From the human T2T-CHM13v2.0 reference genome, Homo sapiens: DNA of 64,000 nucleotides. The stretch is taken from NCBI RefSeq assembly GCF_009914755.1, contig NC_060930.1, one strand, 5' to 3'. The translations under genes and the position numbers were made by a program. The notes under the pieces were generated by a model. It was not told the DNA's origin and did not search any database. It saw nothing but the letters and a program-made list of their open reading frames with translations. Shown piece by piece: positions 10,592 through 26,129 of this stretch. Every line of letters starts with the position of its first letter. Position 1 is the first letter of the stretch.

Positions 10592-11685
10592 CTCTTTTTG
10601 AATAATAGACAAGGTTTTGTGAAATATTTTGAGAGTATGTTCTAAGGGATGAAAGTTGAGCACATTTTTCAGATATTTCTTGAAAAATAGCTGTAAGTCA
10701 TCTATTCGGTGCCTACCACAGAAAATTAAAATATTCCTGCTTTTTTCTATATTTTAAAATTCCCTTTAAAGTAGCAATCCTCTGTAAAGATGCCATCAGG
10801 AAGCATTAAGTGACATTAAATAATTCTGTAAAATATCATAAAGAGTAGATTTTTCACTATATAATCCTAATAATATTTTACAGCTTATGTGGCCTGCAAC
10901 CTCCTAATACTCTAGAATATTTATGAAGACAACTGGGAATTAATTTACTAAGTATTGAGTTTAAAATCACTAGAGCATATTCCATTACTAGAGTAGTATC
11001 AGTACAAGTGATAAAAATTGAAAGAGTGTTTCAATATGCAAATGACAGTTAAAAGAAATATCACCATGTACTGTGATGGAATGGTAATAATATGAATGAA
11101 TATCTATTGGTATAATCTAGCAATTTTAAAAGTCTGTTTTGGTAAACAGAATAGACACATTTAATCCACATCTGTCAGATTCAGACTTGAACAAGTAAAG
11201 GAAAAACTAAAGGCAATCATTTTACTCTTTTTATATTTATAAGTAAATGTTACATGGATCAATTTGTAAGCTTCTTTTTTAATAAGATAAGATACACCAA
11301 TTGTTTCTTATAAAACAGGCTTTTCTTCAACATTTGACATTTAGTTCGTACTTTTTTTTTGTTTTATTTTTTAGGCTCAATTTTCCTACATAATTAAGAG
11401 TTTGGAATTCGGGCAATATCAAGAACCACATCTGTCCTGAAATCAATTATCTCTGTTTGGTAAGTAGGGGAGAAAATACTTGATAAATATTTCTTATCTG
11501 CAACAAATTCTCATGTTCATGTTTTATCTTTGATCTTGTTGAAGACTCTGCAGAAAATTTCTAAGCAACACTTGATTGTTTTGCCCACACTGCTCTGTAT
11601 TTTGGCCACAGGTTGGAGACTTACTTTTACGAATATAAATATAATCTCCTCTACTCAAAACCAAGCAGTCTGATTTTCTGCCATT

Positions 11686-14600
11686 CATTTTTACCTTTTC
11701 ATTTTTACTTTTATTTTAGGTTTGGGTGTATGTGTGAAGGTTTGTTACATAGGTAAACGTGTCATGGGGGTTTGTTGTGCATATTATTTCATCACTTAAG
11801 TATTGAGCCCAATACCGGATAGTCATCTTTTCTGCTCCTCTCCCTCCTTCCACCCTTTCCACCCTTCCACCCTTCCCCCTCAGGAAGACCCAGCGTCTGA
11901 TGTTTCCTTCTTTGTGTTCATAAGTTCTTATCATTTAATTCCTACTTATAAGTGAAAACATGCGGTATTTGATTTTTCTGATCCTGCATTAGTTTGCTAA
12001 GGATAATAGCCTCCAGCTCCATCCATGTTCCCATGAAAGACATGATCTCATTCTTTTTTTATGGCTGCATAGTATTCCATGGTATATACATACCACATTT
12101 TGATTATACAATCTGCCTTTGATAGGTATTAGGTTGATTCTGCTGTTGTGAAGAGTGCTTCAGTGAACATTTGTGTGCATGTGTCTTTATGGTAGAATAA
12201 TTTCCATTCTTCTGGGTATATACCCAGTAATGGGATTGCTGGATCAAATAGTAGTTCTGCTTTTAGCTCTTTGAGGAATTGCTGTACTGTTTTCTACAAT
12301 GGTTGAACTAATTTGCACTCTCACCAACAGTGTATAACTTTCCTTTTTCTCTGTAACCTCACTGGCATTTGTTTTTTTTTTTTTTTTTTTGAGTGTTTAC
12401 TAATAGCCATTCTGACTGGTGTGAGATGGTATCTCATTATGATTTTGATGTGCATTTCTCTAATAATCCGTAGTGTTGAGCTTTTTCACATATGCTTTTT
12501 GACGGCATGTATGTCTTCTTTTGAAAAGTATCTGTTCATGTCCTTTGTCCACTTTTTATTGGGGTTGTTCTTTTTTTTTTTTTTACTTCTTGTAAATTTG
12601 TTTAAGTTCCTTATAGATGCTGGATATTAGACCATTGTCAGATATATAGTTTGCAAATTTTTTTCCCATTCTGTAGGTTGTCTGTTTACTCTGATAGTTT
12701 CTTTTTTGCTCTGTGAAATCTCTTAAGTTTAATTAGATCCCACTTGTCAATTTTTGCTTTTTTTTTGCTACTGTTTTTGGTGCTTTGTCATGAAATCTTT
12801 GCCCATTCTTATGTCCAGGATGGTATTGCTTAGGTTGTCTTCTAGGGTTTTATAGTTTTGGGTTTTACATTTAAGTTTTCAATTCATCTTGAGTTGATTC
12901 TTGTGTATTATGTAAGGAAGAGGTCCAGTTTAATCTTCTACATATGGCTAGCCAGTTATCCCAGCACCATTTATTGAATAGGGATCCTTTTCCCTATTGC
13001 TTGTTTTTGTCATATTTGTCAAAGGCCAGATGGTTGTAGTGTATGGTCTTATTTCTGGGTTCTCTATTCTGTTCCATTGGTCAGGGTGTCTGTTTTTGTA
13101 CCAGTACCATGCTGTTTTAGTTACTGTAGCCCTGTAGTATAGTTTGAAGCCAGGTAGCATGATATCTCCAACTTTGTTCTTTTTGCTTGGCATTGCCTTG
13201 GATATTCGGGCTTTTTTTTTTTTTTTACTCTATATGAATTTTAAAATAGTTTTTTCTAGCTCTGCAAAGTGTCTGAATGTTAATTTAATAGGAATAGCAT
13301 TGAATCTATAAATTGCTTTGGGCAATATGGCCATATTCTTGATATTGAATCTTCCTATCCATGAGCACAAAAATGTTTTTTCATTTGTTTGTGTCATCTC
13401 TGATTTATTTGAGCAGGACTGTGTAGTTACCCTTGTAGAGATCTTTCACCTCCCTAGTTAGCTGTATTACTAGGCATTTCATTTTTTCTTTGGCAATTAG
13501 GAATGGGAGTATATTATTGATTTGTCTCTCAGCTTGACTGTTGTTAGTGTATAGGAAAGCTAGTGAATTTTGCACATTGATTTTGTATCCTGAGACTTTG
13601 ATGAAATTTTTTGTCAGCTTAAGAAGCTTTTTTGTTGAGACTGTCAGGTTTTCTAGATATAGAATCCTGTTGTCTGCAAACAGGGCTAGTTTGACTTCCT
13701 CTTTTCTTGTTTGGATGCTTTTATTTCTTTATCTTGCCTGATTGCCCTGGCCAGGACTTCCAATACTATGTTGAATAGGAATGGTCAGAGAGGGCATCCT
13801 TGTCATGTGCTGGTTTTCAAGGGAAATGCTTCCAGCTTTTGCCCTTTTAGTATGATGTGGGCTGTGGGTCTGTCATAGATGGCTCTTATTATTTTGAGTT
13901 ATGTTTCTTTAATACCTCACTTATTGAGACTAGATATGAATGGATGTCATATTTTATGGAAAGTTTTTTGTGCATCTACTGGAGATAATCATGTGTTTTT
14001 TTTTCTTTAGTTTGTTTTATGTGATGAATCACATTTATCGTTTTGTGTGTGTGGAACCAAACTTGCATCCCAGGGATGAAACTTGCTTGATCATGGTAGA
14101 TAAACTTTCATGTGCTGCTGGATCTGATTTGCAGGTAGTTTGCTAAGGATTTTTGCATCAATGTTCATCAAAGATATTTGCCTGAAGTTTTCTTGTTCTG
14201 TTGTGCCTCTGCCAGGTTTTGGTATCAGGTTGATGCTGGCCTCATATAATGAGGTAGGGAGGAGTATCTCTTCTTCAATTTTTTAAAATACTTTCTGTGG
14301 GTATGGTACCAGCTTTTCTTGGTACATCTTGTTGTAGAATTCAGCTGTAAATTCATCGGGTCCCGGGCTTTTATTGGTTAGTAGGCTATGTATTACTGCT
14401 TCAATTTCAGAGCTCATTATTGGTCTGTTCAGGGATTCATTTCTTTCCTTGTTCAGTCTTGGGCGGTGGGTGTATTTCTCCAGGAATTTACCAATTTCTT
14501 CTAGATTTTCTAGTTTATGTGCATAGAGGTGTTCATAGTATTATCTGATGGTTGTTTGTGTTTCTATAGGGTCAGTGGATATTGCCACTGATATAAACCC

Positions 14601-17247
14601 CTTGTTATTTCTGATTGTGTTTCTTTGAATCTTCTCTTTTTTTTTATTAATTAGTCTACCTAGTGGTCTATCTATTTCATTGATTTCTTTTTTTTTAATA
14701 GCTTCTGAGTTTGGTGACTTTTTGAATGGCTTTTCACGTTTCAATCTCCATTGGTTCAGCTCTGGTTTTGGTTATTTCTTGTTGTCTGCCAGCTTTGGGA
14801 TTTTTTTCCTCTTAGTTCTCTAGTACTTTTAGTTGTGATATTAAGTTGTTAATTTGAGATCTTTTTAACTTTGTGATATGGGCATTTAGTGCTATAAATT
14901 TCCCTCTTAACACTGCTTTAGATGTGTCCCAGAGATTCTGGTATCTTGTATCTTTGTTCTCATTAGTTTCAAAAATTTCATGATTTCTGTTTTAATGCCA
15001 TTATTTGCCCAAAAGTCATTCAGGATCAGGTTATTCAATTTCCATGTAATTGTGTAGTTTTGAGTGAGTTTCTTAGTCATGATTTCTAATTTGATTGTGC
15101 TGTGGGTCCAAGAGACTGTTATTATTTTAATTCTTTTGCATTTGCTGAGGAATGTTTTCCTTCCAATAATGTGATTAGTTTTTCTGTATGTGCCATATGG
15201 TGATGAGAAGAATGTATATGCAGTTGTTTTTGGTTGGGGAGTTCTGTAGCTGTCAGGTCCACTTGATCCAGAGCTGAGTTCAGGTCCTGAATATCTTTGT
15301 TAATTTTCTGTCTCGATGATCTAATATTGTCAGTGGCATGCTAAAGCCTCCCACTATTAATATTTGTGAATCTACTTCTCTTTGAAGGTCTCTAAGAACT
15401 TACTTTGTGAATTTTGGTGCTCCTGTGTTGGGTACATATATATTTAGGATAGTTAGATCTTCTTGTTGAATTGAACCCTTTACCATTATTTAATGCCCTT
15501 CTTTGTCTTTTTTGATCTTTGTTGGTTTAAATTCTGTTTTGTCAAAAACTACTATTGTAACCCTTGCTTTTTTATTTTTCTTTTGGTTGGTAGGTTTTTC
15601 TACATCTCTTTGTTTTGAACCTATGTGTGTTGTTCCAGGCGAGATGGCTCTCTTGAAGACAGCATACCAGTCGGTCTTGGTTCTTCATCCAGTTTGCCAC
15701 TCTGTGTCTTTTCGTTAGGTCATTATGATGTTACCTAGTTACTTTGCATAATTGTTCATGTGGCGGCTTTATAGTGTCACTGGTTTGTGTTCCTCAATAT
15801 GTTTTTATAATGGCTGATAATGGTCTTTCCTTTTCATATGTAGAGCTTCCTTCAGGAGCTTTTGTAAGGCAGATCTGGTGGTGACAAATTTCCTCAGCAC
15901 TTGCTTGTTGAAAAGGATCTTACTTCTCCTTCACTTTTGAAGCTTAGTTTGGCCAGATATGAAATTCTGAGTTGGATTTTTTTTTCTTTAAGAATATCTA
16001 ATATTGGCACCCAATCTCTTCTGGTTTGTAATATTTCAGCTGAAATGTCCACTGTTAGTCTGATGAGATTCCCTTTGTAGATGACTTGACCTTTCTCTCT
16101 AGCTGCCTCTAAGATTCTTTTCACCTCTTCATCTATTGTGCTATGAATGCTTATGGATTTCATTATGAAATTATTGTAGTGTGTTTTTCAGCTGTATATG
16201 GTTGGTCCCATTCTTCTCTCTACTGTCTACTCTGTTGGTCAGCTCCTGTAATGTTTTATAATGATTTTAACATCCTTGCATTGGGCTTCAACATGCTCCT
16301 ATAGCTGAATGAACCTTGTTCTTAACTATATTCTGAATTCTATTTTTGTCATTTCAGATATCTCAGCCTCAGTCCAGTTCCAAACCCTTGCTGGAGAGGT
16401 GATGTGTTCATTTGGAGAAAAGATGGCACTCTGGCTTTTTAAGTTTTCAGCATTTTTGTGCTCTTTATTTCTCATCTTTTTTGCCTTCAATCATTGAGGC
16501 TGCTGATCTTTGGATGAGTTTTTAGTTCCATTTATCCTATTTGATGTCCTCGAGGGTTTGATTGTGGTGTAAGATGGATTCAGCCAACTGGCTTAGTTTC
16601 TGTGAGATTTTAGGCCAACACTCAGCTCCCAACTCTGGACTGTGTGCTCTAACTCTGGGGGACTTGCACTGGGCTTTTGTTCTTTGACTCCTCAAGGTTT
16701 GGAGTCCACTGTGCTGGGCGGACTGAAGTGTGGCAGATGAAGCAGAGTGCTAGTGGATGCAGGGGTGCCTGCTTTCCTGTGGGTGTTCACCACAGTGGCA
16801 GAGGCCAGGCAGCTGGGGAGGAGTTGGGATTCTCTGCTGAAGACCATGCGCTGTGTTGCTCTGAAGGTTGTGTTGGCTTGGGGCAGCATGCTGGCTGTCA
16901 CACATCTGAGCTCCTTCTCTGTGCTCTCCAAGCAGTAGTGATTGCTCAGGGTGTGGGAGGATGCCCTGTATTCTGCACAGTGTGTCAGTGCAAGGGCTAG
17001 ACACTAGCAGGGGATGGGCTTGCTGGCTGTGTGCCCACCAAGGCTCACTCTGCAATGGCGGTCAGTAGAGTTGAGGTGTACTAAACTTCTGCATACTGGC
17101 AGGGCAAGTAAAGCAAAGCCTGCCCATGCAGACACTTGTCAGCAAAGTGATGTGGAGATTTGTTGTGGGCTAGGGGGAAGATGCGGTATGGGGAGGGAAA
17201 TGTGGACTGGTGTGCAGCCATAGGGGCTGCCTCACTGGAACCCTCTT
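11686..17247 (-). mobile_element. L1PA14-like LINE-1, ~5.5 kb, decayed ORF2/ORF1 and part of the 5'UTR
   Basis: The 3'UTR GTGTGAAGGTTTGTTACATAGGTAAAC...ATTATTTCATCAC is diagnostic. ORF2 remnants ([24 protein letters not shown]) and ORF1 remnants (ILEAAREKGQVIYKGNLIRLTVDISAEILQ) are present, with internal deletions near 15715 and 16120. Confidence 0.9.
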
Positions 17248-17449
17248 ATAAAGATTACATTAATATTTCACTGAGTTATTTATCAGGAGGTCTCATTTTT
17301 GATATAATTTTTTGTGTGTTTCATTATTTTGCTGACATTTACATTATATTTTACATACATTTTTAACTGACTATTAAAGATGCTAGGAGATATATTAAAA
17401 GAGGAAAATAACACCATGTTAGGAACTTTTAGTTTTTATTCAAATTTTA

Positions 17450-18432
17450 ATTTCCTATTAAAACTTCTGCACGATTGCCATGTTTGATCAGAGAGGAATG
17501 AGCAAGAACATTGTGATGGTGGAGAAGGACTCTCTGGGCATTTTTTCTGTTACAGCTTTAGCTAACTTTTTCAGAACACTCTTATAAGAACCAGATGTTA
17601 TCATTCTTTGTCCCTCCAGAAAGTCAACAAGCAAAATGCCTTCAGATTCCCAAAATGCTGTTATCATCTTTGCTCTTGACCAGTCCCCTTCTTTGACTGG
17701 ACTACTTCCACCTCTTGGTAGCCATTGCTTTGATTATGCATTGTCTTCAGGATTGTACTGGTAAAGCCCTGTTTCATCTCCTGTTGCAATTCTTTGAAGA
17801 AATTCTTCATAATCTCTATCTCAGTTGTTTACAGTTCCCATAGATATCTCTCCTGTTTTTTGTAACTTATCTAGGTGCCACAGTTTTGGCACTCATTGAG
17901 TGGAAAGTTTGCTCATCTTTAACTTTTCAATAGGAATTGTGTAAGCTGAATCAATTAGGAAGTCTATGGTGGTGGCTATTGTCTGTGCTGTTGTCAGTTC
18001 TTTTCAATTAGGTCAAAATCAAGGTTAATTTTTTCCTCACAGGTTGATACGGATTGTTTGCTGCTGTGGGCTTTATATTTAACATTACCCTATCCCTTCT
18101 TAAAATGAGTTATCCATTTTTAAACTGCTGACGTCTTTGGAATATTGTCCCTGGAAGCTTTTTGTAGAGCGTCAATGATTTCACCATTCTTCCACTCACT
18201 CATCACCATAAAGTTGATGTTTGTTCCTGCTTCAATTTTTGTAGAATTCATGTTGCTATGATAGGGGCTCTTTTCAAACCAGTGTATTATTCTTCATAGT
18301 GCCTCAAACTAGATCCTGTTTAAACATGTTAGAACAAGTTAGGATGAGTTTATTTTGATGCAAATTTTTTTATTTTCAGGCATAGTTTTTTCATAATACC
18401 CATTTTTCATGAAATTTTTGAACAACCCATTG
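17450..18432 (-). mobile_element. Hsmar2 mariner transposon, 5' TIR plus ~80% of a decayed transposase, 3'-truncated
   Basis: The minus strand shows the Hsmar2 left end (TTCAAAAATTTCATGAAAAATGGGTATTATGAAAAAACTATG) and ATG AAT TCT at 18251. The GDET and LHHNN(HDNA) motif regions are present; the YSPDLAP region and right TIR are absent. Confidence 0.92.
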
Positions 18433-18699
18433 TATTTCTCTGAGCTAATATTGTAGTGGGAAAGGGGTCTTGGAGAAAAATAAAGTAAAGCATTTTTACA
18501 TACATAAAAGTGCATTAGAGTGGGGAAAACACCTGACTCTTTATTCTAAAGATGATAGAGAAATGTGCACATGATTGTACAAGTAGAAAATGGAGAATAA
18601 ATATTAATAAAATAGTGAACTATAGTTTTGCTTTCACATTTACAAGGGTAAAATAGAATGAAGCAACCTAGTCAATTGAGAAAAAGGGAAAATTCAGTA

Positions 18700-20070
<1,371 letters not shown>

Positions 20071-20077
20071 GTGTGTA

Positions 20078-22425
20078 AATATTGCAGGTTTCATTCCTGA
20101 CCACTGGAATAAAGTAAATAGTGCAAGAAAGCAACTTACACAATTGTTTTTGGTTTCCCAGTGCATATAAAAGTTATGTTCACTTTATACTATTGTCTTT
20201 TAAGTGAGTAATGATAGCATCATGTCTAAAAAATGTACCTAACTTCATTTAGAAAAAAAAAACTTTATGGCTAACAAATGCTAGCAATTATCTGAGCCTA
20301 CAGCAAGTTGTAATCTCATTGCTGGTAGATGGTCTTGCCTTGATATTGATGGCTGCTGACTGATCAGGGTTGCTGAAAGTTGGGTGGGGTATGGCAATTT
20401 CTTAAAATAAAACAAAGTTTGCCATAAATTGACTCTTCCTTTTACAAAAAGTTTCTCTGTAATATGCAATGCTACTTGAGAGCATTTTACCCAAAGTAGA
20501 ACTTTCAAAACTGGAACTCAAACTCTGCCACTCCTTTATCAACTAAAATGGTGTAATATTCTAGATCCCTTGTTGTCTTATTAACACTGCTCACAGCATC
20601 TTCACCAGGAGCAGATTCCATCTTCAGAAACCAGTTTCTTTGCTCATCCATAAGAAGCAGTTTCTTATGAGTTTTATCATGAGATTATAGCAATTCAGCC
20701 TTATCTTTGGGCCCACTTCCAATTCTAATTCTCTTGTTCTATCTACCACTACTTCCTCCACTGAATCTTGAACCCCTCAAAGTCATTTATGAAGGTTAGA
20801 ATCAGTTTCTTATAAACTCCTGTTAATATTGATATTTTGACATCCTCCCATAAATCACAAATGTTCTTAATGATGTCCAGAATGGTGTATTATTTCCAGA
20901 ATGTTTCAGTTTACTTTTCCCAGGTCTATCGAAAGAATTACTTTCTATGGCAGCTGTAGCCCTACAAAATGTATTTCTTAAATACTAAGTCTTGGAAGTA
21001 AAAATTAGTCCTTGATTCATGGACTGCTGAATGGTTGTTATGTTAGCAGCCATGAAAACAAAGTTAATCTCCTCGTACATCTTCATCTGAGCTCTTGGGT
21101 GATTAGGTGCATTGTTAATGAACAGTATAGCTTGAATGAAATCTTTTTTTTGAGCGGTAGGTCTCAACATCAGTGAGCTTAAAATATTCTGTAAACCTTG
21201 CTTTCAACAAATGTGCTGTCATACAGGCTTCGTTGTTTCCATATATAAGGCACGAGCAGAGTAGATTTAGCCTAATTCCTAAGGGCCCTGGGATTTTTGG
21301 AATGGTAAATGAGCATTCGCTTCAACTTAGTCACCAGCTGCATTAGCCCCTAACAAGAGAGTCAGCCTGCTCTTTGAAGCTTTGAAGGCAGGTGTTGACT
21401 TCTCCTTTCTAGCTATGAAAGAACCAAATGACATCCTCTTCCAACATGTAAGGCAGTTTCATCTACATTGAAAATCTGTTGTTTAGTGTAGTCACCTTTA
21501 TCAATGATCTTAGATAACTCTTCTGGATAATTTGCTGCAGCTTCTATATCAGCACTTGCTGCTTCACCTTGCACTTTTATGTTATGGAGATAGCTTCTTT
21601 CCTTAAATCTCATCAACAATCCTCTACTAGCTTCAAACATTTCTTCTACAGATTCCTCACGTCGATCTGCCTTCATAGAATTGAAGAGTTGGGGGCTTGC
21701 TCTGGATTAGGCTTTGTCTTAAAGGAATATTTTGGCTGGTTTGGTTTTCTATCAAGACAATCACTCAAACCTTCTCCATATCAGCAATAAGTCTGTGTTG
21801 CTTTCTTCTCATTCTTGTGTTCACTGGAGTAGCACATTTAATTTCTTTCAATAACTTTTACTCTGCATTCACAAGTTGGCTAACTGTTTGATGAAAGCAG
21901 CCTAGCTTTCACCCTGTTTCGACTTTTGACATGCCTTCCTCACTAAGCTTACCCATTTCTAGCTTTTGATTTAGAGTGACTCTTCCTTTCACTTGAACAC
22001 TTACACGCTATAAGTGTTGGCCTCATTTCCATATTGTTGTGTCTCAGGGAATAGAGAGGTCCAAGAAGATGGAAAGAGGCAGTGAATGGCTGGTCAATAG
22101 ACCAGTCAGAACACATAGAATTTTTACAGCATTTATAGATTAAGTTGGCCAACTTAAATGGGTGCAGTTTGTGGTGCTCCAAACAATGACAATAGTAACA
22201 TCAGAGATTACCAATCATAGGTTACCATAACAGAAATAAAAATGTTTTAAATATTGCAGGAATTGCCAAAATGTGATGCAGAGATGCAAAGTGAGCACAT
22301 GCTCTTGGAAAAAATGTCACCAATGGACTTCGCAATGCAGGGTTACTGCAAATCTTCAATTTGTAAAAAATGCAGTATCTAACAAAGTGCATTAAAGTGA
22401 AGTGCAATGAAAGGAGATATGCTTG
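20078..22425 (-). mobile_element. Tigger1 DNA transposon, near full length, transposase disrupted
   Basis: The 5' TIR CAAGCATATCTC is at 22425, followed by TA. Transposase remnants include [20 protein letters not shown]...[14 protein letters not shown] and INNAPNHPRA. The last ~16 bp of the other TIR are missing. Confidence 0.95.
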
Positions 22426-22435
22426 TATATATATA

Positions 22436-22587
22436 ATCATGAATCGCATGGTGATATTTTAGTCAGTGATGGACTACATATATGATGGTGGTCCTATAAT
22501 ATTATACTGAAGCTGAAAAAATTATATAGCCTAGTGGTATCTCAATGATACTGACCCTATGTAAGTCTAGGCTAATATATGTATTTC
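22436..22587 (+). mobile_element. Tigger3c 5' fragment
   Basis: GATGGACTACATATATGATGGTGGTCCTATAATATTATA...GCTGAAAAA...CCTAGTG...TGACCCTATGTAAGTCTAGGCTAAT. Confidence 0.75.
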
Positions 22588-23013
22588 TACCTATAGGTGA
22601 AAGTCTAAATAAATAGCATTACAAATAGGAGTAATTAATCAATAAGTTGGACTGCTGTAATACAACATATACAAAAATTTCAGGTGTTTTTGAAAGGATC
22701 TGTACAAATACTTTGGAGATTATATTTGCAACCTGGAATCTGCGAGGTGCCTTCTTAACCAAGAATAGGAATCCAGTTGCCAGAAAAGAATTGATAGGCT
22801 TGTTTGATAATATAAAAATGAAAACTTTGTAGAGCTAAAGATTAAATTGACCAAAAACTTGAGGTGTAATATAAGGTAGAAAGAAAGAAATAAGGATCCC
22901 TTACATTGTTTCTAATCATTCTCACTAGAATATTATGCATTACTTTTGGACAAATTATTTCACTATTATAATTAGATAAATAGAGTAATGCTTTCAACTG
23001 AAATGAAGTCAAA

Positions 23014-23284
23014 ATTCATTCATTTAATTTATTCAGCAAATACATTTCGGGCACCTGTTTGTTATAGACTTGTTTTAGGTCCTGGGGATACAGCTGTAAA
23101 CAGAACTGAAGAAGAAAAACTTGCCCTCAGGAGCTCACATTCTAAATGAGAAAAATTAATAGGTAGAAAGTAAAATATAAGATGGAAAACGTAAATTATA
23201 CATTAAAGAAAACAATACAATTTGCAATATGTCAGATAGTGATAAGTGCAGTAGATAATAACTAGGGTAGTGTTATAGGAAGTA

Positions 23285-23324
<40 letters not shown>

Positions 23325-24430
23325 ACAATTTTAGACAGCATACCTAGAGAAGAATGCTCTGGGAAGGTAGTGGGTTAGTTAAGACCTGAAGGAAAAGGGA
23401 AACAAATCCTATGAATATTAAAGTTGAGATTATAAGAGGCAGTGGAAAGAACAACATCAAAGGATGTGAGTTGGGAGCATGCCTAGTTTATTTAAAGGAC
23501 AACGGAGAGGCAAATATGATTTTAGCAGAATGACCCGGCTTGTGAAAAAGAGAGGAATAGATGATAAACTCAGAGGTGACAGGTGACCAGGTTAGTTATA
23601 ACTTCTTACATTAGGAAGTCTTTGTCTTTTACCCTGAGTAGGATGGAGAACTATGAGCATAAAAGTGCATTGGTGCACTTTACATTTTTGCAGAATTCCT
23701 CTGGCTTCAGCTAGGTATAGTTTGGAGGGGGGCAACGTGAGAGCTGGAGCAGTTGAGAGGCTTTAGTAATAATCTAGGAGGGAGATAATGATAGTTTGAT
23801 TTAAAGTGGTAATGGATGTGAAAAATGTAAAATATTACTTATAGCAGAAATATAATGGATAACAAGAGTTGACCACTGGGCTTGGCAAAATAGAGTTCAC
23901 TGATAACTTAGTTTAGGTGTAGTGGAGAGTGGCAAAAAGCCTGTTTGGAGTGGAGTCAAATGAAAGTGGGAGGAGAAAGTGAGATTAGATGTCTTCAAGG
24001 AAGTTTTGATATAAAAGGAAGGAGAGAATTAGGCGGAAATGGGAAGGGAAAACGTAGAGAGAAGAAAATTATGGTATGCAAGAAAGGAAAGATTTGCTTG
24101 AGCGGTGTACTTGATTAGGCCATATGCGATGTAATCCAGCAGGTGAATGGAGGATTTGGCCTATGTAGGAGTAAGAACAATTCCTCCACAGTAATAGAAA
24201 AAAAAAAAGGCAAAATGTAAGGTTACAAAGGTAGGTTTCTAGAAGTGTGAAAAAAATGGAAAAAACTTATGGAAATTCCCTTCGATTGATTTCTATTTTC
24301 TCAGTGAAATACAGAGCAAGGACATGCCTGAGAGTGAACATGAGGGAGGAGATACTAGAGACCTGGAGAGGAGGAAATATGAATCATACATTATTCTAGA
24401 TAATTGAGAGAGTGAACGGAAGTACAGAAC
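23014..24430 (-). mobile_element. L2 (L2a-like), ~1.4 kb
   Basis: ATTCATTCATTTAATTTATTCAGCAAATACATT tail, followed by the purine-rich antisense L2 body. Confidence 0.75.
23289..23322. repeat. (GT)17 microsatellite
   Basis: Directly visible. Confidence 0.98.
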
Positions 24431-24493
24431 AATCGAGCACTAAAAAAAATTGAAGTTTGTGCTCATAAATGTAAAGTGAGTTCAGAAACACTC

Positions 24494-24522
24494 TGTGTGT
24501 CTGTGTGTGTGTGTGTGTGTGT
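24494..24522. repeat. Interrupted (TG)n microsatellite
   Basis: Directly visible. Confidence 0.9.
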
Positions 24523-24639
24523 TTCTTCAACTTTATTCAGAGCAACTGTATGTACTAGAATTGGCACAACTGCATTTAATCAAGTTTATTGTTTTGTCAT
24601 CTGGTAGGATGAATTAAAATAGGTACAAGTCTTCTTGGT

Positions 24640-25249
24640 GTTAACACAAATAAGTTGAAAACTTATGTCCACACAAAAACCTGCAGCTTTATTTATAATT
24701 GCCAAAACTTGGAAACAGCCAAGATGTCATTCAGTAGATGAATGGAAAATGAACTTCCACACAGTGGGATATGGTTCATTGCTAAAGAGAAATTAGTTAT
24801 CAAGCCATGACGAGACATGGAGTAAACTTAAATGCATATCACTAAGTGAAAGAAGCCAATCTGAAACAGCTATATACTGTATGATTCCTACCATGTAACA
24901 GTCTGGAAAATGAAAAACTGTGGAGATAATTAATAAAAGATCAGTGGTTTCCAGAGGTTGAGAAAGGAATTAATAGCCAGAACACAGACGATTTTGTTTT
25001 GGGCAATAAAACTACTCTCTGTATGTTACCATAATGGTGTATACATGTCATTAGGCATTTGGTGAAACCCATCAATTGTACAACACCAAGAGTGAAACCT
25101 AATGTAAATTATGGACTTTTGGTGACAATGCAGCAACGTAGGTTCAGTTGTAACAAATATTCCACTCTGGTAGGAGATGTTGATAATTGGGCAGACCATG
25201 CAAGTGTGAGGGTAGTAGATATATGGACCTTTCCCTTAATTTTGCTGTG
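24640..25249 (+). mobile_element. L1MC1/2 3' end
   Basis: AAAACTTATGTCCACACAAAAACCTGCA...TGTACAACACCAAGAGTGAAACCTAATGTAAATTATGGACTTT. Confidence 0.85.
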
Positions 25250-25636
25250 ATAGTGGTAGGTATAGCTTGAGATTTACAAAATTGACATAAGGTTATAGAG
25301 GAACACACTTGAAATTTTCAAAGTCTAAAGAGAAGATAAAAAGTAATATCTATGTTGAGATTCATGAAAATTCCAACTCAGTTGTTTGTTTTGAACACAG
25401 GTTCCATGACACATTTTGCAAAATATTTAGTTATACTATTAGATATTGAGCTCTTCCAAAAAATTGCTACATGTATTATTAAACTACCATAGATTTGTTT
25501 TTCATCATTTTTTTCTAAAGCATTTTAGAAGCCATTGATGTAATTTCTTCAGAATGATTGTCTCTGAGTATGGATTCATTTTATGTGAAGGATGCCTTGA
25601 AAGTATCCCTTTCAACATTTAATACCTAATTGTTCT

Positions 25637-25686
25637 TTCTCTCTCTCTGTCTCTCACACACACCCACACACACGCACACACACACA
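25637..25686. repeat. Compound (CT)n(CA)n microsatellite
   Basis: Directly visible. Confidence 0.9.
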
Positions 25687-26074
25687 AAATATACAATACC
25701 TGTATGACTGTGTGTATACATTTTAGTGTTTTATGATTGATAAACTTTTGTTATATTGTTTCTCAAACTTCATATTCATATACTGAAGCGTCTTTTAAAA
25801 ATATATGTTCCCATAAAATTACCCTTCTCATCCACTGTCAGCTAACTATGGTGTCTCAGTTTCTATTCCATTCATTTTCCACCCTTTACATATCTTCTGT
25901 AAGGTTTCAGTATGAGAACTTCAGCCTAATCTAACATTTGTTTCTGGCTGTTGAAGCCAACATGTAGATTCTCTGTTTTTCAGGAATATGGATATGAGAG
26001 ATCACTTTGCTGTGCTGTAAATGATCGATTAAAATACATATTTCTGTAAGCATATTTCATTTTTTATGAAGTAT

Positions 26075-26129
26075 CTAAACTGCTATTTACTCTGTGCATT
26101 TGTACTAAACTGCTATTTACTCTGTGCAT
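26075..26129. repeat. Tandem duplication, 25-bp exact copies, period 30
   Basis: CTAAACTGCTATTTACTCTGTGCAT at 26075 and 26105. Confidence 0.95.

Noticed and set aside
20078-22425. Domesticated Tigger transposase (TIGD1-like gene)
   Set aside because: The reading frame is broken into short pieces by stops and frameshifts.
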